Shown one piece after another: positions 9,615-18,263 of a DNA stretch of 64,000 bases; the first letter of the stretch is position 1; every line of letters begins with the position of its first letter. The notes beneath the pieces are model-generated. The model searched no databases. It was not told where the DNA came from and was given only the letters and a program-made list of their open reading frames with translations. The stretch lies in contig JANLFM010000004.1 in assembly GCA_024655865.1 (NCBI GenBank), positions 19,040 through 83,039 on the forward strand. The letters are read 5' to 3'. This DNA comes from Caldisericota bacterium (GTDB lineage Bacteria; Caldisericota; JANLFM01). The position numbers and the translations under genes are program-made.

Positions 9615-10928
9615 ATGGACAAAGAGATTATAAAGCAAGTTATAGTCGAGTCTCAGGAATCCAAATTGCCTGAGATCGTCCCCAGGGATATTGAGATTCC
9701 TCTTTCTTCCCAAAAGATCATTACGATTACGGGGCCGAGAAGGGTTGGGAAAACATATCTTGTCTTCTATTCAATACGCAATCTTATCGAGCAAGGAATC
9801 CCAAGGGAAAGGATTATATACCTCAACTTTGATGACCCCAGGCTTTTGCCCTTTTCCGCAAAGGATGCGGAACTTATTCTTGAAGCCTATCAAGAACTCT
9901 ATCCTGAATATAGGGAAGAGACTAATTATATCTTCCTTGATGAAATCCAGAACGTGAAAGACTGGGAGATAGGGATAAGAAGGCTGTACGATACCAGAAG
10001 ATTTAGAATATTTCTCACGGGTTCTTCCTCGAAATTGTTGGGCAAGGAGATAGCAACTCAGTTAAGGGGAAGGGCATTAAGCTATGAACTCCTCCCCTTC
10101 TCTTTTAAAGAGATTCTCTGGGCAAAAGGAATAAAGGATTATAAAAGTCTTTTCTACTCTCAAGAAAGGTTCCGCATAAAGAAATATCTGGAAGAGTATT
10201 TAGAAATGGGAGGGTTTCCCGAGGTTGTCTTAGAGGATGCCTTAGACATAAAGATAAGGACATTGAGAGAATATGTGGAGACCATATTTTTTAGGGATTT
10301 AGTGGAACACTACAATATCAAAAACCAATTGCTATTAAGAGAGCTTATCAGATACCTTAGCACGAACACCGCTTCTATATTCTCCTTAAATTCTTTCTAC
10401 AAATGGATAAAAGAGATCTATCACATCACCCCGAGGACCCTATTGAACTATATTGGTCATCTTGAGGACATAGGGCTTTTCTTTTTCACAAGGAGGTTCT
10501 CCTTCTCTTTAAAGGAGCAGGCCAAAACTCTAAGAAAGTGCCATATTGTAGATAATGGCATAAGACTCGCCTATGGATTTAGGTTCAGCGAAGACAAAGG
10601 CAAAAATCTGGAAAACTCTGTCTTTTTGGAACTTGCCCATAGAAAAGTCCGGAATCCCTTTATGGAGATATTTTACTGGCAGGATTACAGAGGAAAAGAA
10701 GTAGACTTTGTAGTTACAGAAGGTAAAAGAGTGACATCCCTCATTCAGGCCTGCTTTAAAATTGAGGATATTAAAGCTAAAGAGAGGGAAATATCATCTC
10801 TTATTAAGGCTTCAGAGGAATTGAGATGCGCCAACCTTCTTGTAATAACCCTCGACTACGAGAAAGAAGAAGTAATTAATGATAAAAGACTAACCTTTAT
10901 GCCCTTCTGGAAGTGGGCTTTATTATGA
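9615..10928 (+). CDS. AAA_14 ATPase with C-terminal DUF4143 domain
   Basis: Walker A GPRRVGKT, Walker B IFLDEIQ, TGSSS, GGFPE and EVDFV motifs. Confidence 0.88.
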   Translation: MDKEIIKQVIVESQESKLPEIVPRDIEIPLSSQKIITITGPRRVGKTYLVFYSIRNLIEQGIPRERIIYLNFDDPRLLPFSAKDAELILEAYQELYPEYREETNYIFLDEIQNVKDWEIGIRRLYDTRRFRIFLTGSSSKLLGKEIATQLRGRALSYELLPFSFKEILWAKGIKDYKSLFYSQERFRIKKYLEEYLEMGGFPEVVLEDALDIKIRTLREYVETIFFRDLVEHYNIKNQLLLRELIRYLSTNTASIFSLNSFYKWIKEIYHITPRTLLNYIGHLEDIGLFFFTRRFSFSLKEQAKTLRKCHIVDNGIRLAYGFRFSEDKGKNLENSVFLELAHRKVRNPFMEIFYWQDYRGKEVDFVVTEGKRVTSLIQACFKIEDIKAKEREISSLIKASEELRCANLLVITLDYEKEEVINDKRLTFMPFWKWALL

Positions 10929-11062
10929 ATAAAACTCTGATGATGAGCGCTCTGCTTCGGCTGCCACTTGAAAAGGGCTCTGAAAGGGAATTCACCCCCT
11001 TACCTGTTTGATGTCCATTTTCGGAGGAAGGCTCCCTTTAGGCAAAGCTGGAAATTTAGCTT

Positions 11063-11146
11063 TAGACTTCTCTCCATGAAATGGTATAATTTTGTTCAGT
11101 AGAGTGAACAAAAATGGTACGATTTTGTTCAGTAGAGTGAACAAAA
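11063..11146 (+). promoter_or_regulatory. Sigma70-type promoter followed by two palindromic operators (33-bp tandem repeat)
   Basis: TAGACT-16-TATAAT with a TG extension, then TTTTGTTCA-GTAGAG-TGAACAAAA at 11090-11113 and 11123-11146. Confidence 0.7.
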
Positions 11147-11156
11147 TTTAAACGAG

Positions 11157-12557
11157 GTGCCTATGATAGATTTAGAGCGATATAACCCATGGTGGATTAG
11201 GAGTGAGGGTATGGAGACCGATCCTCAATGGCGAGCCTTCAGGGATTCGCGCCTTCGTTGGCAGCCGAAAATCCTTCAGAAATTAGATTTACAAAAAGAA
11301 GGGGTTTATACTCTCCGTGGTCCCCGTCAGGTAGGGAAAACCACGCTGATTAAGATCTGGATCTCTCAACTCCTTGAAAATCACGTTGACCCCAGGGCAG
11401 TGTTTTATTACTCCTGTGATCTTTTAAACGACAAAAAGGAACTTTTTGCGGTTCTGGAACAATATCAAAACATCTCTCTTAATCGAGGGTTCAAGCATCG
11501 CTATATCTTTCTTGATGAGGTAACCCTCATTGAGGACTGGCAGCACGCTGTGAAGCAGGCAGTTGACCTGGGATGGATGCAAAATACCACAATCCTGGCA
11601 TCTGGTTCTTCGGCCATAGACCTGCGCAGGGGTGCTGAGAGGATGCCTGGGCGTCGTGGGCGAGCGGAAAAGTTAGACTGGGTGCTTATGCCTCTTTCCT
11701 TTGGAGAATTCTTAAAGTATTGCTATCCGGAGCTCCCAACATTAACCATCTCCCTTGATCTTCTTTGTAACGGGGTCCAAATTAAAAATCTCGTTTCCGA
11801 TTGGTTAAGCTTTGCTTTAAGGTTCCAGTTTGCTTTAGAAGAGTATCTCAAAACGGGCGGCTTTCCTCTGGCACTGGAGCGATACTTAAGACAGAGAGAG
11901 GTTGATGAGAGCCTCAGACAGGCCTATCTATCGGTTTTGCGCTCGGATGTGGAAAAATTGCGCCGGAACCGTGGAATCTTGAACAGTCTCCTGGCTCGAA
12001 TAGTGATTACAGAAGGCTCCCCTCAAAGCTGGCAAAACCTCAGTAAAGATGCGGGGATTGGCTCCCCGAACACAGCAATAGATTATGTAGAAATTTTAGG
12101 GGATTCCTTCTTACTTTTTGTTCTCCAGGCCCTGGATCGAAACAGGAAAGCAGCAGAACCAAAAAAGGACAAAAAAATTTATTTTTGCGACCCTCTGGTT
12201 CGAGATGCGATCTCGAAGGATTTGGGTTTACCTGGGCTTCCTCTGGAGCATAAAGTAGAGGCTGCTGTGGGGTTTCATCTAATCAGGCTTTTTGAGAAAA
12301 ACCCTGAGGAAGGGTTATCTCATTTAAACAAAGTTTATTACTGGCGCAATGTTAAGGGAAAAGAAGTAGACTTTGTTGCCCTTTATGAGAAAGGGGTTCT
12401 TCCTCTTGAAGTTAAGTTTCAAGAAAGTATCAACAAAGAAGATTATTCCCTTATTCAGCGCAGTTTCGGTTCAGGCGTAGTGGTCACCAAAAACGTTTTG
12501 GAGCGAAGGGAGGGTATCCTTTTTCTTCCTGCAGCCCTTTTCCTTCAAATGGAGTAA
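11157..12557 (+). CDS. AAA_14 ATPase with DUF4143 domain
   Basis: GPRQVGKT, IFLDEV, SGSS, GGFP, KKIYFCDP and EVDFV...LEVK motifs. Confidence 0.85.
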   Translation: MPMIDLERYNPWWIRSEGMETDPQWRAFRDSRLRWQPKILQKLDLQKEGVYTLRGPRQVGKTTLIKIWISQLLENHVDPRAVFYYSCDLLNDKKELFAVLEQYQNISLNRGFKHRYIFLDEVTLIEDWQHAVKQAVDLGWMQNTTILASGSSAIDLRRGAERMPGRRGRAEKLDWVLMPLSFGEFLKYCYPELPTLTISLDLLCNGVQIKNLVSDWLSFALRFQFALEEYLKTGGFPLALERYLRQREVDESLRQAYLSVLRSDVEKLRRNRGILNSLLARIVITEGSPQSWQNLSKDAGIGSPNTAIDYVEILGDSFLLFVLQALDRNRKAAEPKKDKKIYFCDPLVRDAISKDLGLPGLPLEHKVEAAVGFHLIRLFEKNPEEGLSHLNKVYYWRNVKGKEVDFVALYEKGVLPLEVKFQESINKEDYSLIQRSFGSGVVVTKNVLERREGILFLPAALFLQME

Positions 12558-12629
12558 GCGCAGGGCCCGTCCCCAAAGTCAACCTTAAAGTTTATAATTG
12601 TGAGGAAAACAAAACTTAAGGAGAAGCCC

Positions 12630-13667
12630 ATGGTCAAGGTGGTTTTTCTGGCTGGAGGAAGCGGGGAACGCTTCTGGCCTAAAAGTCGAAAAGGGAAGCC
12701 CAAGCAGTTCCTGAAGCTTTTAGGAGAAAATTCCCTCCTCAGGGAGTCCTTCCTGCGCATCCAGGGGTTCGTCCCCGAGGAGGCGGTCTATCTCGTGACC
12801 TATTGGGAGCACAGGATGCTCGCAAGAAAGGAATTGCCCGAGATTCCCGAGGAAAACGTCATAGGGGAACCTATGGGGAGAAATACCGCCGCTGCCATCA
12901 TTCTGGCCTCTTTAATCCTGGACGAGGAAGACATTATGGTGGTCCTTCCCTCAGACCACTACATCCCGGAGGTGGAGAAGTTCCAGGAAACCCTGCGCAA
13001 GGCCATCGTCCTCGCAGAGAAAGGGTATCTTACCACCATTGGCATTCAGCCCTCGCGACCGGAAACGGGCTACGGATATATCGAGGTGGAGGAGGAAATT
13101 CCCGGAGGGTTTAGGGTGAGACGCTTCCGGGAGAAGCCCTCCCGGGAAGTGGCGGAGGAGTTCCTTTCCTCCGGGAGGCACTTTTGGAATTCCGGAATGT
13201 TCATCTGGCGCATCAGCACTTTCAGGGAAGCTGCGCGCAAATATCTCCCCCATACTTACAGTGTGCTCGAAGAAGCAAGCGAATCCTATCAGGACCTGGC
13301 TGCGCTCGCTCGGGCCTACGAACAAATAGAGAGCATCTCCGTGGATTACGCCATCATGGAGAAAGCGGAGAACGTGGCCATGGTGAAAGGGGACTTCCTC
13401 TGGTCGGACGTGGGAAGCTGGCTTTCCCTGGCTGAACTCTTAGGAAAAGGGGGAGCATATGCGGAAAACCCTCACCTGGTTACGGCCAGCGAGGCGGAAA
13501 AATACCTGATTTTGGGGAATACCAAGGAGGTAGCCATTCTGGGCTTGAAGGATGTGGGTTTTATTGAGACCGAGGACGCCATCTTGATCTTGAACCTGGA
13601 AAATGCCCAGGATGTGCGGAAGATCGTGGCCCAACTCAGGGAGAAAGGGAAGGAGCACCTCCTTTAA
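12630..13667 (+). CDS. manC: Mannose-1-phosphate guanylyltransferase
   Basis: LAGGSGERFWP, NTAAAI, PSDH, ETGYGYI and WSDVGSW motifs; AAGGAG Shine-Dalgarno before the ATG at 12630. Confidence 0.9.
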   Translation: MVKVVFLAGGSGERFWPKSRKGKPKQFLKLLGENSLLRESFLRIQGFVPEEAVYLVTYWEHRMLARKELPEIPEENVIGEPMGRNTAAAIILASLILDEEDIMVVLPSDHYIPEVEKFQETLRKAIVLAEKGYLTTIGIQPSRPETGYGYIEVEEEIPGGFRVRRFREKPSREVAEEFLSSGRHFWNSGMFIWRISTFREAARKYLPHTYSVLEEASESYQDLAALARAYEQIESISVDYAIMEKAENVAMVKGDFLWSDVGSWLSLAELLGKGGAYAENPHLVTASEAEKYLILGNTKEVAILGLKDVGFIETEDAILILNLENAQDVRKIVAQLREKGKEHLL

Positions 13668-14599
13668 TGGCCACCTATCTCGTCACGGGAGGAGCAGGGT
13701 TCATCGGATCGCATCTCGTGGAGCTCCTCCTCGCTTCCGGCCACAGGGTGAAGGTCTTAGACGACCTTTCCACGGGCTCCCTGAAAAACCTTGAGGCTTT
13801 ACAGGACAAAATTGAGTTCTACAAGGGGGATATCCGCTATCCGGAGAAAGTGGCGGAGGCTTTCTCAGATTTAGACGGGGTCTTCCATTTGGCAGCCATC
13901 TCCTCTGTGGAGCGCTCCCTCTTGGAGCCAGAAATCACGCGCGAGGTGAACGTCAGGGGCACCCTCCAGGTGCTCCTCGCCTCCAAAAAGCACCGGGTGA
14001 AAAGGGTGGTCTTCATTTCTTCAGCTTCGGTTTACGGAAATCCGGAGACCTTTCCCATTTCGGAGGAGCAAGAACCGCGCCCCCTTTCCCCTTACGGAGC
14101 AACCAAAGTTGCAGGGGAGGCCCACACCAGTGCCTTTTTCAATTTGGGCTTCCTGGAGACGGTCTCGCTCCGGCTCTTTAACATCTATGGCCCGCGTCAG
14201 GACCCCGCCTCCCCCTATTCCGGGGTGATCAGCAAGTTCCTGGAAGCGGCGGTTTCCGGGAGGGAGCCCGTGCTTTTCGGGGACGGAAAGCAGACTCGGG
14301 ACTTCCTCTACGTGGAGGACGCCTGCCGGGCCATGCTCATTGCAATGGAAAAAGAAGAAGCAGCAGGCCAGGTCTTCAATATCGCCAGTGGGAAGGAAAC
14401 GAGTATTACGGACTTGGGAAAAATCATCTTTTCCCTTATGGGAAAAGATTTTGAGCCTGAGAAGAAGCCGGAAAGGCCTGGGGATATCCGGAGGTCCCTG
14501 GCTTCTATTGAAAAGGCCGAGAGAATCTTAGGATGGAGGCCCCAAGTCTCCCTCGAGGAAGGGCTCAAGAAAACCTTAGAGTGGGTAAAATCCCTCTAA
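13667..14599 (+). CDS. NAD-dependent nucleotide-sugar 4-epimerase (GalE/WbpP-like)
   Basis: TGGAGFIGS, YGATK and YGPRQDP motifs. Confidence 0.88.
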   Translation: MATYLVTGGAGFIGSHLVELLLASGHRVKVLDDLSTGSLKNLEALQDKIEFYKGDIRYPEKVAEAFSDLDGVFHLAAISSVERSLLEPEITREVNVRGTLQVLLASKKHRVKRVVFISSASVYGNPETFPISEEQEPRPLSPYGATKVAGEAHTSAFFNLGFLETVSLRLFNIYGPRQDPASPYSGVISKFLEAAVSGREPVLFGDGKQTRDFLYVEDACRAMLIAMEKEEAAGQVFNIASGKETSITDLGKIIFSLMGKDFEPEKKPERPGDIRRSLASIEKAERILGWRPQVSLEEGLKKTLEWVKSL

Positions 14600-16854
14600 G
14601 GCAGGGTTTTCAGCTTCTCTAAAATATCCTGGGCGTCCTTGTTCTGAGGATCGAAGCTCAAAAGCTTCTCCGCCAGCTCCTTGGACCTGTTCAGGTATTT
14701 GTTCGCTTCCTCTGTTTTCCCTTCCCCCTTAAGTTTGGCGCCGTAATTGAAGTTGGTCTGGGCTCCTAAAAGAAGGCTGTAATTGCGGTTCTCCGTGGGC
14801 TGGGCGTAGAGCACTCCCTTTTCTGCTTTCTCCACGGCTTTATCCGGTTCCCCAAGTTCGGTGTAGATGGAGGCGAGCTGGAAGTACAGGGGGTAGTCTC
14901 CGGGATCAGCCTGAACCCCTTTCTCGAAGTTCTCCGCGGCTTTCCTTAAGAGCTCCTGACGTTGGTCCGGCTTCTCGGTCGCTTCTTCCTGATAGGAGCG
15001 CCCCAGCATCATATAGACGTTCTCCAGATACATTGTGGTCTTCAAAGCCTCCTGCCACTCTTCCCTGGCCAGGGAGCGGTACTTTTCCTTCAGAGTGGGG
15101 TCCGTGATCCTGCGTGAAAGCTCGTAATAAAGGTTTCCCAGCCCGGAGGTGTGTCCCTCGGTGGCGGTGCGATATCCGGCCTCCCAGGGATTGAGCATCA
15201 CGGCCTGCGAGTAGTTATCTAAAGCCTCGGTCAAAAGCCTGTCCCCCTCCTTAAGTATGGAGTCCTTCTTCTGAGAATCGGTTTCCTTCTGCGCTTGCTG
15301 TTCTAAATATTGGGCGGTGCGCACGGCGGTTTCCCCTCGGCCATAAGCTAAATCGGCAGACATGAAGCGAATGGCCCAGTACCCGGAGGTAAAAAGGATC
15401 AGGGCGCAAACGATGTAAACCAGGTATTTTACCGGAGCGTGAAATTCCGGAAGGAGCTTTCTTGAAGGAGTTCTCGCCTCGTAGACGGGAATTCCCCCTG
15501 AGGGAGCAAGCTCCTTTTTCCCGGCTTTAACTTTGACCGGGGCGAGTTCCATCTGGGAGAGCGCCACGTTGAGCGCCATAAGCATCCAGAAATAGAGGAT
15601 AGTGGGAAGGACGCCGAAGGCCACGAGATTCTGACCCAAATACGCCAGAACGCCCACGGCGATCCCGGCAACCATGGCCTTCCAGTAAGGGTCCAGGGCA
15701 GACGTCCAGGTCTTGAAGGAGGTGACGAAGAAAGTCACGAGCATCCACATATAGACCAGAAAGCCAATTGCTCCCCGCATGATCAGCTCGTCCAGATACT
15801 GGTTGTGCATCCGGTCCGGATTGTTCATAGGTTCAATTAAGGAGTAGCGCAGGTCCTTGAAGGGCGGGGAGGCAATGCGTAGGACATCCGGGCCCACTCC
15901 TAAAATGGGGTAAGCGAGGAAAATAGAAAGGCCTCCCAGCCAGATGTAAAACCGGCTCTGGACCGTTCCTATTCTCAAGATGGAGGAGATGAGGTCGGTC
16001 TTCCACACAAGGTACACCAGGATAAGCACGAAAGCCGCCCCAAAAGCGATCAGCCAGTTCTTGTTCTCCCTGTAGGCCCTTTTGCTTATGAAGAATAAAA
16101 GGACAGGAAGGGAAATCACCAGGCCCACATAGGAGCCCCTGGTCTGAGCAACCACAACGTTGAAGGCAAGAAGGCCAATGTAAACCAGAAGGTAAAGCTT
16201 GAGCTCCAGTTTTGGGGCGTAAAGGAACTTCATCAGGGCAATGGGGAAAAGCATGATGAGAAAGTGAGGGAAGAAGTCCGGGTTCCCCAAAGTGGAGAAG
16301 GGCCTGCCCTTTGAGGCCCAGGAAATCCAGTCCAGGCCAAAGAACTGAAGCGTCCCATAAATTATGGTCACGAGGCCGGACCAGAGCATCACCTGGAGCA
16401 AGCGGTTCACCTGCTCCGTGGTCTTGTACGTGGAGGAGGCAATGAAGAAAAGGAGAATCATATTGGCGATGGTCCAGAAGCCCTCCTGCCTTAAGTAGTT
16501 GCCTAAAAAGCTCACCTCCGGCCTTAAAGAAAAAATGGAGGAAAGAAGCCAGGATAAAAGGACGGCCAGAACCGGCCAGGTCATGGGGGATTTAAGGCGG
16601 TAGAACTCCCTGGTCTCAAAGAGGCGGATCACCCAGGCCAGAGCCACCGGGATGGTCATAATGCGCAAAAATGTCAGCCGGGGAAGGTTAAAGATGTCCG
16701 CCCCCGTGGAAACGGTGAAGATCAGGGGGACGAAAAAGACAATTAAAATCAGGCCCGCTTCGATGACCTTATCGCACCAGTAAACTACTTTTTCCTTCGT
16801 TTCTGGAATGTGCTTCTTTCCGGATTTACCTTTGGCTTTCTTCATTCCCTCCAT
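14596..16854 (-). CDS. O-antigen ligase/Wzy_C-like membrane protein with C-terminal TPR region
   Basis: Multiple transmembrane helices, STLGNP, QTRGS, PILGVG and MHNQYL motifs, and a helical TPR-like tail. Confidence 0.8.
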   Translation of the reverse strand: MEGMKKAKGKSGKKHIPETKEKVVYWCDKVIEAGLILIVFFVPLIFTVSTGADIFNLPRLTFLRIMTIPVALAWVIRLFETREFYRLKSPMTWPVLAVLLSWLLSSIFSLRPEVSFLGNYLRQEGFWTIANMILLFFIASSTYKTTEQVNRLLQVMLWSGLVTIIYGTLQFFGLDWISWASKGRPFSTLGNPDFFPHFLIMLFPIALMKFLYAPKLELKLYLLVYIGLLAFNVVVAQTRGSYVGLVISLPVLLFFISKRAYRENKNWLIAFGAAFVLILVYLVWKTDLISSILRIGTVQSRFYIWLGGLSIFLAYPILGVGPDVLRIASPPFKDLRYSLIEPMNNPDRMHNQYLDELIMRGAIGFLVYMWMLVTFFVTSFKTWTSALDPYWKAMVAGIAVGVLAYLGQNLVAFGVLPTILYFWMLMALNVALSQMELAPVKVKAGKKELAPSGGIPVYEARTPSRKLLPEFHAPVKYLVYIVCALILFTSGYWAIRFMSADLAYGRGETAVRTAQYLEQQAQKETDSQKKDSILKEGDRLLTEALDNYSQAVMLNPWEAGYRTATEGHTSGLGNLYYELSRRITDPTLKEKYRSLAREEWQEALKTTMYLENVYMMLGRSYQEEATEKPDQRQELLRKAAENFEKGVQADPGDYPLYFQLASIYTELGEPDKAVEKAEKGVLYAQPTENRNYSLLLGAQTNFNYGAKLKGEGKTEEANKYLNRSKELAEKLLSFDPQNKDAQDILEKLKTLP

Positions 16855-16869
16855 ACCCTCCAGTTATTA

Positions 16870-18210
16870 TTATCTTGCTCCCTTTCTGCCCAGCATTAAT
16901 TTAAAGGTCAAAAAGAGCAGGCGCAAGTTAAGCAAAAACGATTGGTTGCGAATGTAGGCCAGATCATATCTCAGCTTGTTTGCCGGGCTGGTCTCGTAAG
17001 TGCCGTAGATCTGGGCCATCCCGGTCATTCCGGGCTTCACCAGAAAGCGCAGGGAGTAACCGGGGACTTCCTTTTCAAATTGTTCCACGAAGACCGGGCG
17101 CTCCGGCCTGGGACCCACCAGGCTCATCTCTCCCTTTAAGACGTTCAAGAACTGGGGAAACTCGTCTACGCGCAGGAGCCTGAGGAAGCGGCCGAAGGGG
17201 GTAATCCTGGGATCCTTCTCCTGAGCGAAGACCGGTCCAGTCTCCTTTTCTGCATCCGGCTTCATGGTGCGAAACTTGATCAAATTGAAAACCTTTCCTC
17301 CCAGCCCCACCCTTTCTTGCTTGAAAAAAATGGGACCGGGGGAAGTGAGCTTAATCCCCAAAGCTGCAAAAAGAAGGAGCGGAGAAAGGACAATTAAAAG
17401 GAGGAGAGCACCGAAAATATCCAGGGCGCGGATCAGGAAGCGATCCGTGGAGGAAACATCCCGCCAGAGTTCTACTATGGGGACGTTCCCTAAGCGGGAG
17501 AAGTTTGAGCTTCCCGTGAGCATTTCATAAAGGGAAGGCACCATAGAGATTTTGACCCCTTTTCTTCTGGCCTCAATTAAAAGGTCGAGAATCCGGGGCG
17601 CGATCTCCGGGGAGGAGAGGATTAAAATCTCCTCCGCTTTTGCTTCCTTTAAAAGTTGATCGCAGGGACCGGGAGGGAAGGCCTTAAGTCCTGGGACCTC
17701 CTCCTGATTCTCACTGATCCAGCCCACAACCTTCACGGAGTCCGTTTTTCCTTCCTCAAGGAAGCTCTGCACCTCATCCCTTTTTCCTAATAAGAGTGCC
17801 TTGGGTGGAGCCAGGGTGCGCTGGAGCAGATGGGAATCGAGCACGCGGAAGAGAGCAGTTAAAAACCAGAGGAACAAATAAGCGGAAATCAGGGTCAAAC
17901 GGGGAAAGGCAAATTCCCTCAGGAGGAAAAGCATCCCTAAGTGCACGACCACAAATACCCCCACGGCCGGCGCCAGCACTAAGAGATGGTCGAAGAAGCC
18001 AAAGTCCTTCTCCATCTCGTAAACTCCAAAGATTGCCAGGATCAGGATGTAGGTCAGGGTGAAAAGGGGAAAGTATCGCAAATAAGGAAGGAAATTGGCG
18101 TAGGGGATCTCCAGGCCGAAGCGCACTACATAGGCCAGGAGGAAGGAGGCGTTGAGAATTATCGCATCCCCCAGAATCAGAAAAAAAAGGCGGTTCTTGC
18201 TCCAGCTCAC
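16870..18210 (-). CDS. Undecaprenyl-phosphate sugar phosphotransferase (priming GT)
   Basis: KFRTM, DEFPQFLNVLKGEMSLVGPRP and KPGMTG motifs. Confidence 0.92.
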   Translation of the reverse strand: MSWSKNRLFFLILGDAIILNASFLLAYVVRFGLEIPYANFLPYLRYFPLFTLTYILILAIFGVYEMEKDFGFFDHLLVLAPAVGVFVVVHLGMLFLLREFAFPRLTLISAYLFLWFLTALFRVLDSHLLQRTLAPPKALLLGKRDEVQSFLEEGKTDSVKVVGWISENQEEVPGLKAFPPGPCDQLLKEAKAEEILILSSPEIAPRILDLLIEARRKGVKISMVPSLYEMLTGSSNFSRLGNVPIVELWRDVSSTDRFLIRALDIFGALLLLIVLSPLLLFAALGIKLTSPGPIFFKQERVGLGGKVFNLIKFRTMKPDAEKETGPVFAQEKDPRITPFGRFLRLLRVDEFPQFLNVLKGEMSLVGPRPERPVFVEQFEKEVPGYSLRFLVKPGMTGMAQIYGTYETSPANKLRYDLAYIRNQSFLLNLRLLFLTFKLMLGRKGAR

Positions 18211-18263
18211 CTCAGCGCAACATCCTTTCGGACTATTCTCCTAAAGCTTAAAATTGAACTTCT

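Noticed and set aside
11080-11146. Mini-CRISPR from the 33-bp duplication
   Set aside because: Only two copies, a 9-bp near-identical gap, and a position just after the -10 box fit an operator better.
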